Notes: generated from the letters alone by a model not told the origin. A DNA stretch of 63,752 nucleotides, filler included, from Parasitella parasitica NRRL 2501 (GCA_025201805.1; 10 parts of 10 records of this genome joined end to end with filler, not necessarily neighbours in it); one strand, 5' to 3'; shown: positions 25,851-40,551, counted from the first letter of the whole stretch. A program made the numbers and translations.

Positions 25851-26970
25851 TTATCCTGCTAGGCCAGCTAAAGCAGAAGAATACCCAGACGGGATTAAAC
25901 TTGTTAATTCGGTAGGTACAGAAGAAGGCGCATTTGATGGCAGATTATTCACAACACTACTGGCAGACCTTGCAATACTCGAAGAATCACCGCTGCCAGA
26001 TAATGCAGACAATAAGGTTGAAATCTCTTGCAACGCCGTTGATGATTGGCCATTGATTGGGCAAGCAAAAGAAACAGAGCTCGAAAAGGGTACACTGATA
26101 GGAATGCCAATAATGCTCACAGTTGCGACCACTTTATAATCCAAGTTTATGTCTTTTGTCGCACTTCCATCTATTCCGCAATCTGACATGAGTCTAGTCA
26201 CTACGGATTTAGTTGTATCAGCCATTAGATCCATTGCAATGGTAAACGGAAACGATATATTAGTGATGGAATGCGAACCAATATGAAGATCATTCAATGT
26301 ACCACCACCCAATTCCGTATCATCGCCATGATAATAAGCCTGCATATTTGTATTAATATCTGCAGTATTTATACCACACTATCCGAACTGTTCTTACTGT
26401 TGCAACTAGTGATTTAAACGTAACGCTTTCAATGTTTGGATTGCTCACAGTAAAGCCCAAGGAAACATTCATATTGGCTGTCGTTCCCGTTAAACTGAAC
26501 GAAGGCTCGCCTTTTACACCGGTAAAATCAACTGAAGGTGTCTTGAACAAGGCAGCCAATACGCCCACCACAATACCAAGGGCAATGATAATGAGCAACA
26601 AGATACAGGAAATCCAACGACACCAACGTGGACAACAAGTGCAGCACCCACAACATATTTTATCACAGCATGATCTTTGATGATGGTTATTTGCTCGAGA
26701 GTATTTGTCATTGAACTCTGCTGCTACCTGACTTAGCCGTTGGTGCTTTGTTAATGAAGGCTGGAGCTCCTTGTTGTAGTAACCATCTGCAGTTGCCGGT
26801 TGTGGTTTTGCATCATACTGCGGATAATAACCTGAATTTTGACGCTGCTGTGAATGCATCATGTCAGACATGGCATATGCATCATGCTGAAAGTTGCTAT
26901 TATATTGCTGCTGTTGTGGCTCGTACTCATAATGCGCTTGTTGCTGTTGATGATGATGATAATTTGACAT
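25851..26970 (-). CDS. Single-pass membrane protein with LEA_2-like domain (one intron)
   Basis: Cys-rich juxtamembrane CCDKICCGCCTCCPRWC, a TM helix, then FTVSNPNIESVTF, AYY and LGGG. Confidence 0.75.
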
Positions 26971-27489
26971 TATTAAAAACGGAAAAATGAGGGGTGAAGA
27001 AAGAAGGAAGGAAGGGGCTGTATATCAGTCTATGAAATGATAAAATATTAAGGGCAGATTAATTTAAGTAAGAATGAGCTTTTTTCTGGATCAAACCAAT
27101 CAAACATATGGTGCAGTATTCTGAATAAATGGCCTGTGGAACTGGATTTTCTATGATTATACGGTATATATTGTTTTAATTTGTATGTTGCACATTATTG
27201 TGTTGATCAACCGCACACTAAAATATTCCAATTAGCTTCAAATAAAAATAGCGTCGCATATCTAATTAAAAAAAAAGAATCCAAAGATTTATGGTAGAAC
27301 ATGAAATTATCAGACTGAGAAGAAAGCCTTGTAGTGCTACGTATGATATCAGTTTTAATCTGGCAGTTTTACACATGCGCTCATCTCTGGGTAAAACGCA
27401 TTCTTCTAGATGTCCTGGTCTGGATATTAATCCAACAAAAAAAAAACAACTAGTTTTGCTTGCTCTTTACAAAGTGCTTTCGCGTCTAT

Positions 27490-28429
27490 TTATTTTTCAT
27501 GAACAGCATATTGCGGAGGCATAGTGATGCCCAGTTGTTTACGAAAGTCGTCGAGAGGTGTATGAAAGTGTTCTTCGAAATAGACATTCATCAGAGGAGT
27601 GCAAGATGCACCACATTGTAAAGCCCATGGCACATATCCAGTATAGAGACGTTTGCGCTCAGGCCATGTCATTCTCAACGGACCAAATACAGATGCGAGC
27701 ATGGTCATGGGGAGACCTGTCTGAGCCCATTCAAACCATTTGAGCGCGATTTCCTCTTCTACAGTTACACCTAATCCCGTGAGTGTGTGGAAAAAGTCGT
27801 GGATTTCACGATATCGCTTAATCACATAAGCCAGTTCCTCGTCATCCACGTATTTGACCTCACATCGAGTGTCAGGAGAGACACCTTGTGCTTCTAGCCA
27901 GCTAATGTAGGTCTGACCAAAAGTGCCTGGGGCGCATGTCTTTTTCAAGCTGTCAAAATCTAAGGCCTTTGTGTTAATAATGGGACGCTCACGTAAAATA
28001 CGACGGCCAACGTCAGAGGACAGCATTTGATCCCTCATGCGAGCTAAAAATACACGGCCTGTAGCCTCGCCCAATGTGGCTATCATATCTGGAGAAAAGC
28101 AAGTTGTTGAGGGTTTCATCTTGGCATTTTTTTGCATGACATCTTACCACCGCGCAATGGATTTTTCAAGGCGGCAACAGCCGAAGCAGCTGTCAGAACA
28201 GCTCTTTCAGTTTTGGAGATGGGAACATGTGCATCGTACAGTTTTCTGCCTTTAGCAGGATGATCTGTAGCTTTTGACGTTAGTTTTTGTGTCAATGTGT
28301 CCAGCTGTTTTTACCTGGCTCAGATGCTCCTGCCGCGGTCATTGATCGAGACAAGACACGAGCATCCGATGCGTGTAAGAGCTGGACTCTCCATGACGTG
28401 AAAGGGCGTGCTGCTCTTTGCATAATCAT
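27490..28429 (-). CDS. COQ4: Ubiquinone biosynthesis protein Coq4 (two introns)
   Basis: NPLRGDMIATLGEATG, GRRILRERP, RYREIHDFFH and EIALKWFEWAQTGLPM. Confidence 0.95.
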
Positions 28430-28969
28430 CCTTGTTTTTTTTGTTTTTTTTTGTTAAAAAAAAGAGTAGTTTGCAACAGCCAGAAAAAGAATTAAACGTC
28501 AACCGAGGGGGTTGGTATCTCCTTTGACACTTGATTCTCTGTCTTGTGAGGGCGTTCGGACACTCTTGTTGTATTGCAAAACTAGGCCTGATATAATGTG
28601 CGTATGCTGAACACGATTGCTAAGAAAAAAAAAAAAGGAAACGCTTAATAGCATAAACGCATGGAGCTAGCAAGCCATCATCATAAGCTTGTTCCGTCAT
28701 TCATTCCCTGAAACTGCCTGATAAATGTTGTTGTTTAAGACGGCAAAATGTCACCAGCTCGAATGGCTTCTGATTTCAGTTCAGTTGAATTGCCTTCTGC
28801 TCCAATTCGCTCGCTCCAATAATCATAAACATCTCATCTCGTGGCACAACGCTGGCGATGCACATCTTCATGGCTGTTAACTTGCTCCTCAGCACAGTCA
28901 CTTGAACATCCCACTGGGTATAAAGTTCATAGAAGAGATTAGCCTTTTCTTCCATCTAGACACACAAAA

Positions 28970-30705
28970 ATGAACGCTTCCACAACCAATTCTACCCCAA
29001 TACCACCTGCTAAAAAGCGAGTTATTCGCCGCAAAAAGAAGCAGCTTACTGCCAAACAAAAGCTTGTCAAAGAGAGTGCTGAGCAACGTTTCAAAACCGA
29101 AAAGCTTGTATTTGTGTGGCAAGAAAAGCTATTTTCGCAGCCCAGAATTCCAGCCAACACTTTACAGTGCGCAGTAGCCTATCTCCAGCCAAAGACTTAC
29201 AAAGAAGTTGTTGAAGAACGTGTAGTTCAGTCATGGTGTGGTTATCCACTTTGCGATGATGCACCCAAATTACAAGAGCTCCAAAAATTCAAGATTTCTC
29301 TGTCTAGGCGCAAAGTATACGATCAATCGGAACTTGCCAATTACTGCTCAGATGCTTGTTATCACAAGTCCAAATACTATGCATTGCAATTGTCAGATGA
29401 GCCTGTTTGGTATCGTGATTTTAATCGGGCATCTACAGCGCACGTTATACTGAAGGACGAAGATTTTGAGTAAGTTCAACTGTTTTAATTAACGTCAAAA
29501 TCTGACATTTTGATTCTAGGGCTGCGGTACATCAGGAGAGAAAAAAGACACAAATACAAAAGTCAGGACAGGAGGTGCGAGATGAATACGTTCAGCATCT
29601 ATTAGGCAACATTCCCAAGAATGTAGATGGAGAACTTCAAGTTATTGAGAAAACGACGGAAGCACCTCCAATGGCACTTTTTAATTCACAAACAGATGTC
29701 TATGATACTATTGAAGGCTATCGTATCGAAATCAAAAGAGACGGAAAAACACCTACTACCATGGTATTGAATAAAAAGAGCGAGCAACAAGAGCTAATGC
29801 AACAAAAGCACACTGTGGAGAGCGATGATGGTATTGATCCAGAGGATCCCGACGCATTATTTGAAACTATGATGATGCTTAAAGACATGAATATGGATAA
29901 GGACAGTACGCCCAATGCACGCGTTAATAAGGATAGGGTTGAACTAAAAACAGTGGAGGCTCTTTCAACACTGAAAGATGAGACAAAACCAGCACCGGCA
30001 CCCGCACCGGCACAGCCGAAACAAGCAGTTACTCCTTCAAAATCAACCGTTAAGCCCGCTTTAAAGCAAGCGGTAAAAGAGCAAGACGAGCAAGATGCCA
30101 ATGTTATCAAAGTGACGACACCATCGGCACAAAAGCAAAAGAAACCTGCTAAAAAAAAGAAAAAGGTGCCTGAATTATCTCTGTTTGGCACTATTTGGAC
30201 CATGCTGGATCACATGACAACCAAAGCGACTCGAATGTACTTGAATGAGCTACAAAACAATCACCAGAGAGCGGATGTGGGTCATTTATTAGCATCAGAA
30301 AATGTCTTGATGGATGAAGCTGCATATCTGAGAGGTCAAATCTTTAGCGAACGCATCTTGGATACGTAAGTTTTTTTTCTTTTTTTCTTTTCTTAAACGC
30401 CTGTGGTTTTAACAGTAACTTCTTTTAGCTATGGCATTATCCGTGCTCAATTAGATATCAAGGAGAATTTAGAAGATGATATTGTTAATGTCATCAGAAC
30501 TTTCAAGCTATCGGATGCTTCCATGGTGGCACTGAACCCTGCTCAATGCTACATGATGGCTCTGGTTTTGATAAAATCGTTGGCTGATATTGTGTCAACA
30601 GATTCTAATTGGAAACTTCAGTTTGAGAACTGCTGCAAAACCGTCGATCAATCTACTGATATGGTAGATGCGTGTGTCCGTGTACTGAAGGTGGCGAGCG
30701 TCTAA
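28970..30705 (+). CDS. RTR1: Rtr1/RPAP2 RNA polymerase II CTD phosphatase-like protein
   Basis: YKEVVEER....WCGYPLC...KVYD...YCSDACY zinc-finger signature. Two introns. Confidence 0.88.
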
Positions 30706-31789
30706 ATAAAGTTATATCAACTAGAGCGGTATACCGAGGGCTCAACCTATGCATTCGTGACATTTTTGTTTCCAGGAAAAGGCTTTCACTTTTTTTTTGT
30801 CCGTTTTATTTAAAACTCTTGTATTTAATCTGTGTGTAGAATTTGATCAAATTAAAAGATGTCATTGTATTCATGTGTAAAAATCCTCGAAGTTGGCATG
30901 CTTTGTAAAGCAAATGTTCAGCGGGCTAACTTAATTAAACTTGTATTTAATTATTATTGTTGTAATCTGGGGGGTACATGCGCATTGATGGCAATATCAA
31001 AAGGATTTTCGAGTTATCATATATCCGCAAACTTTTATAACAAAGAAGCGGATAAATAACGCCCTAGTGTCGCTTCTGTTCAAGACAGAAAAGCTTGATA
31101 GTTGGAAAGTAGACTGTACTTTGCTATGCAATCTATTACCTAATTTCCAATATTCACCAAAATCTAAGGGTTTTTCTGCTTTTTTCTAGGATAAATATTG
31201 CTCGGGCTAGATTGCTGATTCATCTAGGTGTAATTAGTACTTCAGCTCTGTATTTTAGCTAAATCTCTCATACAAGCATTTCATATAACAAAACCACGTT
31301 TTGGAGAAACTTTAATGGAAGACGCAGCTTTATATACGTAATTCATGCGTATTTACTTTGTACATAGGCCGTGTTTACCATTTATTAATGTTATCATAAT
31401 CAGAAATCACTAATTAGATTCGGGCCGATAAGTGGATAGCGAAGGCCCTTTGGATGCTATCGTCTAGTAAAAAGTCTGTAGCAATAATAGGCAGCTGCAA
31501 TGGCCTCCGCTCAGTGACCCGAACGCAGCCTTCAAGTATCTATTCAAAGCAGAAATGTATTTTTTATCCTTGATAAAAAAAAATGCATACGTAGTGTTGT
31601 GTTTCTCCTTAATTTGTTATTGAATTTAGGGTTTTTATTTCTTAATACTTATGGACACATTGGCATGTTGACCAAGCACTATCCACAAAAAAAGGGAGAG
31701 AGGAGGTCATTTATCAAAATGTATTTATGTATAGTTTTGACATTGACAATAAACCAGGTCTTTTCCACGTCTTTCACTTTAACAAAAAC

Positions 31790-32563
31790 ATGGCGCCTGG
31801 CAATGCTCCTATATCACAGCTAAACGGGCATTATGCAAACCAGTATCCCAACCACAACAATAAGTTACCACCGACACATTTGACACAGAATAAAGCTTAC
31901 ACTCACTATATGCCCAGTCTGATCATTGCATTGTCAGCACTGTACGTCCTTGCTTTTGTACTACACTATCTATTCAGAAAATGTCGAAAATATGGAGACA
32001 GGAAGCAACAACGAGAAAAACAAGAGTTAAAGCTGGTTTGGACAAATGCAATGACTAAATTTGAGCTACTGCGATCGAAACGCAATTCAAATATGCTGCT
32101 GTATCCGCATTCTGCATATAATAAGCAGGAATCTTATAATTCGTCTGCTTCTTCATTTACATTAAACAATTATCCATCTCCGTCGACAGTTACTGCTACT
32201 CATATTGGCATCGATAAACAACATCAATCACTGTCTCCTTATTCGTCGGTTTCCAGTTTTGCAACAGCTACTACAACAATAGGTAACTCTGTCAATCACA
32301 ATCAACACGCCTCAGTTGCAGTGGAAAAACCGGGTTGCTCATCATGGTATATGATTTTCAAGGACAAATTAGTCAACTATTGGAGACTAACCAGGAACAA
32401 AAAATTGACTCTACTGTGGCAGTGGAGTGTGGCTATGGGGTATTCCGAGTATAACCATGCAAAAAATCTCGATGATATGGTGCTACGATTGCAGAGATAC
32501 CAAGAATTTGATGATGACAAGCATACAGTCAACGAAGATGATATCGCATTTGTTGATGAATAA
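31790..32563 (+). CDS. Hypothetical single-pass membrane protein (start uncertain)
   Basis: Long ORF with one hydrophobic segment LIIALSALYVLAFVLHYLF followed by basic residues. Confidence 0.6.
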   Translation: MAPGNAPISQLNGHYANQYPNHNNKLPPTHLTQNKAYTHYMPSLIIALSALYVLAFVLHYLFRKCRKYGDRKQQREKQELKLVWTNAMTKFELLRSKRNSNMLLYPHSAYNKQESYNSSASSFTLNNYPSPSTVTATHIGIDKQHQSLSPYSSVSSFATATTTIGNSVNHNQHASVAVEKPGCSSWYMIFKDKLVNYWRLTRNKKLTLLWQWSVAMGYSEYNHAKNLDDMVLRLQRYQEFDDDKHTVNEDDIAFVDE

Positions 32564-34111
32564 TATAAAAAATATACAGTGAACATTATAAATAAGAGAC
32601 TTGATATCTTAGCTGGAAATCGCTTTCCTTTCTGTAAATACAATTCTGGGCACGCAGCCATAGTTCCAAATAAATACTATTTCCGTAAAGCTTAATAATA
32701 AAACATTTACGAAACCACTCTAGTCAACAGCATACCTAATTTTTAGAGTGAGACAAGACATGGTATATGTTGGTGGTTTGAGGTTTAGCATGGCAAAGAT
32801 CTTTTTAAAAACATTGTAAGACGTATATCAGCTTAAATATTCTTCTAGTTGATGTGGAATGGGTAATCAACGCTTAATTTTGAGATTATGCTAATCGATA
32901 TATATATTTTTAAGCATTCTATACAACTTTAAAGATTTGTTGGTCTCTAACATTGTAGTATGTTTTAAAGGGGGGGTTTGTAGGTGGTGCAATCAGATCA
33001 ATATGATGATACAAAAATTCATGGTATGGACCAGATAAGACAAATAGTAAGCGATTGAGTGTTTGTTGTTATGTTTCTACGATATCGATTAATCCATTCA
33101 GTATATGCACCTTTTTTTCTCTAATAAAAGACATTTGTCTTTTGTTCATCATGTTTGAAAAATATTGTTTTGGAATATTATTTAAATTTGCCATATGTAA
33201 ATCTTTGATTCTATTACTACATCGATTGTTATTCAATGTAAAGATTGATTCAGATTCTATTGAAATAAAAAAAAACAAAAAACGAAATGGTTCACCAGGT
33301 GAAATACAAGCAATGAAAACAACAAAATGATTCTATAGAAAACAATCGATGATGAAATGCATTCTTTACTCCTTCTAAACATTACGGCAGTATAAACTCC
33401 CAGATGATGATACCCTGCACTTTATGTATCGAAAACATTGTTGGCAGAAAAATAGTTTAGTCCTATTTTGTTTAAATAAAATTGAATCATTGCCAAATCT
33501 TGATTTAATAGTCGCCTATGACGAAGGGCTGTGATATATATTCTTGTATTGATATAGCTTGGAAATGAAACAGCTCTATTTTAGCAGATATGAATGATCA
33601 CAGCAACAGAAATATAGAAGTGGAATCCATTCATACCACACAATAACGCCATAACACCAATTGCTATCGAGAAAATAAAAGTAAGAGCGAAGGCCAGTTG
33701 ATGTCCATTCGATATAATTCTATATTTATGATAGAATGTTTATAACTGATATTGTCATAAAAAAAATTGCTTGATTTTGATGTTCTTTTACAATGACGCA
33801 TATGAAATCTACATGAGTCATTTAAAAAAAAAAAAAAATCTTCTCGTATGCGCCAGTAAGCAAGGGTCAAAATAAAGGATACGATCCTCTACTAATAAGT
33901 TACAGACAATACATAAATTCATTCATGGGGGTGGAACACAGAAAATTATGTGTCAAGTTCTATCTTGATTTTCAAGGACAACTTCCAGCAATGTATCTGT
34001 ATATGATGTCATTTGTAAAAGTAAAGGAGACGATTATTAGGGAGAAGGTATGACAAATGATGTTGTGTAAAAAAGCTTTTTCAGATATTTATCAAATTAT
34101 ACAGAAATCCA

Positions 34112-35311
34112 TTAAAAAAACCTTCGAAATAGATTATTAAAACCGGAATCTTTGACTTTCCATCCTTCAACCTGATCTGTCAATGTTGTTTCTTCTATTT
34201 TCTGATCCACCGCCTGCAATGGAACCGCCGGCTGTTGCAAAATAGTGATTTGAGAAAGGCATTCAGTTGATGGCGTAAAAAGAATCTACGTATTACAAAT
34301 GTTGGGATTGATTTACCTTTTCAACATCCTGTTCCTCATCCTCCATGTTTGCGTCGTCTGCTTCTGTGTATTCCTCAGGTCTCATTCTCAGCCATTGCAT
34401 TCGAGGACCTGCACGAGATCTTTCATTTACTCTGAATCCAAAAATACGTGGTTGATATATATGAGGTTTAGGTTTAGGGATTAATTCAGAGTACGTTTCA
34501 AACAATAAATGTGCAAAAGTTGTTCCAAAATGTGAGCCTATTTGGGTTTGTTTAGTGTGCAAATATTACATTGAAATGTAATGATTTTACCGTCAACGTT
34601 CTGGAATACTGGATTGGGTGGACAGTAAAGGTCCATGCAAGACGGACAATATAACCTAACACTTTCTCGAGCGACTTCATCGTATCGACCGCATGGAATG
34701 ACTGGGCATTTATAACAATAATAACGAGGGCAAACACCAAATTGTTCATTTGAGAATCTTTCTGCCATCACTCGTAATCCATTCCGAGTAACCAAATAGC
34801 GCTGATGGATCAAACCGTACAGCATTGCTGCATAAGGTTCAACAACATTTGGATCAACCCAACCTGAATGACGCGGTCGGCGTGGTGATTCTTTCCAAAA
34901 TCCATCATCCTCTTCTTCCTCTTCGTCTTCTTGCTGTTCATTATTATTTTTTCCTTCTTGTCCCTCCTCTTCTTCTTCCGATATGTCTTCAGGTTCAATA
35001 TCCAAAATCATCTCCAATGCTTCATTATAATATGGCACAATTGCTGAGAGCCCGGTTAAATTAAATTCGTCTTCAATAAAATCTTCAGGTACTTCCAAGT
35101 AAAATTCATGGCCTGACAGAGAACAAAACCAACTTATCCAGCTTTGTAATGAACCATCTGAATTTGACTGGGAATCATCGTTTTCTTTAGTAAGAAACTG
35201 AGTTTAGATCAACTAAATTACATAGACAACATGCTGAACGCGCAAACGACTATTACCATCGTATTCCAAATCTTCATTCTCGACTCGAGTAGTATTAAAT
35301 ATTCTATCCAT
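34112..35311 (-). CDS. CKB1: Casein kinase II regulatory subunit beta (multi-exon)
   Basis: SWISWFCSLSGHEFYLEVPEDFIEDEFNLTGL, LYGLIHQRY, FGVCPRYYC, LYCPSC, HFGTTFAHL and PRIFGFR. Confidence 0.93.
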
Positions 35312-36246
35312 CAAAGTTATGCAGATATTCGATCTTTCAATAAAAAATTTAATAGAAAGTATGTGAAAAGGTGGCAATAAAAAAAAAAAAAAGAAAGAAA
35401 AAAAACCAAATCTCACACTTTAATGCTTCAGCGTCATTCGTCAGTTAATTTGAATGTCCATTACATTTTGAATAAGCTTTTTGCTACACCTTATTGTCAC
35501 ATTATGGAAACAGAGTAAAAAAAACATTAGCATTATAGCGCATGATCTGGGTATCATGGATTAATTATACAAGATTAAGAATTTTGCTCAAGAAGCAATA
35601 TCATAACACACAGTATTAGAAAAAGATCGACATTCTTTAGGGAAAAGCTGATCTGCGGAATTTTTGTAACTAGGTTATAAACAATTGGGTGCAATAGCAA
35701 TTAAATTGTATGTAATTTAGCAACGAAGTATCTCTTCCTTTATATATTTATATAATACTAAAACGTCAGTTAGTTGTTATGTAATTACCTATGTCTGAAA
35801 CTATATGGTTGTGTCTTATTAGGATGTCTCTCAATATGAACATATACAAAATTTTGAGGAGAAGGAGTGCAAAAGAAACGCTAACGTCAAACCTTACGTA
35901 TGTGGGCAAAAATTATTATTATAGGATACACAAAACGAAAGGTTTGGTGCAATCTCAAACCAAAGAGGTTATTTCCGAATGAATATTTCATACTAAAAAG
36001 CTCCTCCCCCAAATTATTTTCTAATCTCCCTATAATGCTAAGAATTGATACTACATGTGTATTTGCATATGATGTCAGTGGCATCAATGCACAAAGCTAC
36101 AACCAATCTTAATTACTCCAAGTACCTGGGATTTTAACTCAACAAAAAGTATGATCTAAAAAAGGGTATATAAAGAGGGTAAAGTAGCTAAATCTTCATC
36201 TATTCTTTTTCTTCTTCCCCATCCTTATCAACAAAAAAAAAAGAAA

Positions 36247-36747
36247 ATGGATGATTCTAGAAAATTTATGTCTATCGAAGCTATTGTTGATCACAATACA
36301 TGTTCAACACTACCTTTATCGCCTCCGGATTCATTCAAAAGTAGATCACCCACATTATCACCCAACGTGGAATACATGACATGTTCAATTCCAACACCAT
36401 CAGAAAGAAGAAGCAGCATCCAATTACCGATGTCAGTCGATGAACGTCGATACAAAAATAAACTTGCTTCTGCGAAATATCGCGCTAAAAAGGTTTGTAT
36501 AATGAGAAGGCATTTCCGCCGCAGAAACTAACTTATCCTAAAGCAAGCTAGTATGAGATCGATGACTAGTAAAGTATCTCAACTGATGACAAGTAACTCT
36601 TCCCTTCAAAGAGAATTATCGAAAGTCAAGCAAGAAAACGAAATGTTGCGGGCCATGTTGATGAGTAAACAGCAACACAATGCCACTTTAGTTGTGGAGC
36701 CACCTCCGCCACAAACGCAGCTTTCAACATCCCCACTCTACCATTAA
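36247..36747 (+). CDS. Small bZIP transcription factor (one intron)
   Basis: Basic region ERRYKNKLASAKYRAKK followed by a zipper ...NSSLQRELSKVKQENEMLR. Confidence 0.85.
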
Positions 36748-38112
36748 GCATGACATTCCTATCATTTATCGTACAATATCATTGCTGCTTTCACTGTAAA
36801 TCTCTTTTCTTTAGTATACCTTTCTTCTATATAGCTTGATTTTTTATGAAATACATGTTAAAAAACACTACTCATTTTTGTACAAACTCAATATTTTGGA
36901 GAAGCCTATTCAAGTTTTGTTGTATTTAAGGATCAGTATGAGCCGCGCAGTAGACAGTGAGACTCATACGCATTACTTCATTTTTGTACAACAAATAACC
37001 CGATGTCAAGGGATATGTTAGTTCTAGACTTACAACATCATTGTATGTACTACAATGCCATCGATAGTCATTCTCACAATTCCCGTATTGTGTTGAACAA
37101 CTTTGAAAGGAGGATTCCGTGTATTCGCGTTTCTTTACGACAAGAGTTTGCTTAAAAACAGCAGTTTAAATCATACCACAATGACGCCACCATTCTCTAG
37201 TGTTGATTTTATCATGACCACATAGCATAACCTTGAAATGTCAGGTTTTTCGTTCTGTTCTGCTGATTAAAGTTTTGGTTTCGTACTCCCAATGTTTTGC
37301 AAACAACCCTCACTCGTGAACTATACCAAAGTCAAGGTAAAGTACATTCTTTTGTAATCTCTATTCTCTTGAGCATATCACTAGTGTAAGTATAGTGATT
37401 TCATTGTACGCCGAGCACTGAAGCTTGTGGGAGAATAATGCATTCCGGATTGCCTTACATGGCTAAAAAGGTGGATCAATATTTTATTATATCTTGATAA
37501 CAGCAAATTATGCTTTTATGTGCAAGAGGTTAAATATAAACAAATGTGGGTCTGCATTGCGATGACATTAGTTGCTTGATTTTGCTATTAATTCTATTAA
37601 TTCGGCCTAAATCCAGAAAGATTTGAATATTTCATTCTGTCATCATCATACTAGAAAATTCATATTTAGATTTATTATATACAATTGAAAAGAACTTGAT
37701 AGAACAAACACTAAAAATATTTTGTTAATTCATGTATCTAAGCTTGTATAAATGATTGCAGCATTTAAGTCTTTGACACGTCAATAGATTTAAATTCTTC
37801 TTTAGCAGATGTCTCTGAAAATTTTCTAATTGATTATTCTCGATTTTAAAATGTTGCTTTAGTGATTTCATAGCTAGTGACGAAACAAACGAGTAATTGG
37901 GTTCATTTAGATAATCTAACTTAATCTCATAATGGCATTAGTTTTTTTTTTTNNNNNNNNNNNNNNNNNNNNNNNNNNNNNNNNNNNNNNNNNNNNTTAA
38001 TTAATTAANNNNNNNNNNNNNNNNNNNNNNNNNNNNNNNNNNNNNNNNNNNNAAAAAAAAAAAAAAAAAAGAAAACAAATAAGAAAAATTACCAAAAAAG
38101 GAAAAACATAAC

Positions 38113-40551
38113 CTACCATGGTCATCAGATCCCACATCTGCATTTTCTAGATCACCACCCTCTATATCTCGACATTCAGAAGCATCAACATTGACCCCTA
38201 AGGAACTTGATGCCATGTTCAAACTGGTTTCCAAAGATTTTTTCCGCATTAACTCCTCCATTTTCAAACGCCTCAAAATATCGTTTTGTCCATCTACGAA
38301 AAAAAAAATCAATTAAACCGCTTGAAACTACAAAAACTTGATAACAAAAAAAAATATACCAATGTAAGCTTTGTATTTGCCTTTTTTCAACTTTCTTTCA
38401 TACTCCTCTAACAAATTAAAAAAATTGAATTAACAAAAATCCATATGACAAAAACCAAAAAAAAAAAAAAAAAGGGTCCTCTAAACTCACCTTTTTCACG
38501 AGCAAAATTCTTTTCCTTCAGTTTCAATTGCTGCAAATATTGAGCGTTTACTTTTTTGGTAGTTCTCAACATCTTGCCCAAACTTTTCACACCTTCACCA
38601 GCAATTGAAGTCAATTCGTTACTAGTCATTATGTTTTTTGCTTCGCCAGCCAAATACTCCCCTATTCTATCAACTACAGCCATATTCTCTTCCGTATCCC
38701 TTGCATCAAACTCTTGTCTAAGTTGGTCCTGATATTTTGTAATTTTTTCTTTAAAGTATTCTTCATGTCTTTGCTCAACCAGTCGGTCATGTTCTTGCAG
38801 TTGTCCTTCAAGCTTATTCACTTCAGTTGTCATTTCAGTAGCAATATTTTGGGAATGATGATGATTTAAACCACCAATCTCAACATTACAAGATCTCATT
38901 ATATCATTACAACTATCGTTAAACTTTTTCACTTCCTCTTCATATTTTGAATGAATTTGTGATCTAGCATCAAAGAGATCTTGTATTTGCTGCGGCAACT
39001 CCAAAGTCAAATCGTTAATGATTCCATAAATCACAATCTTGTCGTCTTCTCGAATACACTAATATATAGATATATGAATTACGCCTTGAACAATATCGAT
39101 TCTACACATATTAACATATAAACGTAAAATAAAACTCACTTTATCATTCTCAGTGGCATAATCCGTAAGCTAATAAATACTATCCGTCAAAACCATACAA
39201 CTATGGCAGAATTGTAAACATTAAAACTAACCTTCTTTGCTAAACCAAAATGATTATCCCCAATTCTAGCAACCGTTTTTCCAGGATCTTCCGCTTCATC
39301 CACAGCATCAGTGTTCAACTAGATAACAAATACATGCATAAACATGATCATTCACTCGAATAAACAAAAACAAACTACTTTTTTTTTAAAAACAAAAAAA
39401 ACATACATACCTGATGTTCAATTGTAGCCACAGCTTCACGATCCAAACAAGCAACATCATTTAACCTACCCATAATTGTTGCATTTCTATCTTTTCTATA
39501 GATATTCAGACTATTGTTAATGTTCAACCTATTGTTCTGCTCAAACTTGTTATATTGTAATTGCGTTGAATTCCATTCATTCTTGACTACATTTAAATTA
39601 TTTTGAACAGCTACATTCAAATTGTTTTGCATTTGGAAATTAATGTTAGCATTAAAATTATGTTGATGTTGGTTTTCTTGCCACAAGGACTTTTGATTGT
39701 GCACAGTTAATTGATTTTGATGGTAATGATTATGATGGTTATTAATATTAATAGGTGGTAAAACAACCGTTGCAGGAATCTTTGAGTTAGCTTTTTTAGT
39801 TTCCCTACTGTCCTCAATATCACTTCCTTCCGAGTCAATCTTCACCGAAGAAGAACCAGAAGAGCTAATACTACTAATACGAGTGCGCTGTCTTCTTCTT
39901 CTAAAAACTTCACCAACATCAGAATCATAATCAGAGTTTTCATTCGATTTTTCATCAGATTCCATCGCTTGATCACTATCGTTTATATCAGACAACGCCG
40001 AATTATCTTGCTGTCCTCTATTGACCTGTTCATTGAGATTGACATTCCTACAGCTATGACAAAAATTAACTATTTCATCATACGACACTGTACCACCTTC
40101 AGAAGCATAAATAGAAAACAAATCCGTAGGTAATTGACATCTCCAAATGTCAAAAGTGAAGGCATTAACATGCATTCTGGCATGATTACCAAATGGCTCC
40201 AAAGGGCGTACAGGATCCACAACTGCAGCATCAAAATTGTGCCCCATAACATGAACAAAATAAACCTTATCTACATCGGGACTAGCAGGATCCGGTAAAT
40301 TCAAAGCGAGACGACCAGGAATCACCACTCTAACACCATACGGCCTGGATGAAAAATACAACTAAATTTACAAAGTACAAAAAAAAAAGGAAAAAAAAAA
40401 CAACTAACTTGCCGTTTGTATATACTTCTGTTAAGACATCAAACATGGTGTTTTCTTCCTCATCATCGTCGTCTCCACGTTCAATAGGTCTGACTTTAGA
40501 TGGGAAAAAATATCCAGTCAAGCTAACTACAGTACCACAACCAAAACGCAT
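38113..40551 (-). CDS. Large unknown multi-exon protein (beta-rich N-terminus, acidic and Asn/Gln-rich middle, coiled-coil C-terminus); 3' end in gap
   Basis: ORFs 39375-40361, 38408-39034 and 38001-38312 can be linked by GT-AG introns with poly-T tracts. One small exon near 39140-39210 is ambiguous, so this could be two genes. Confidence 0.55.
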
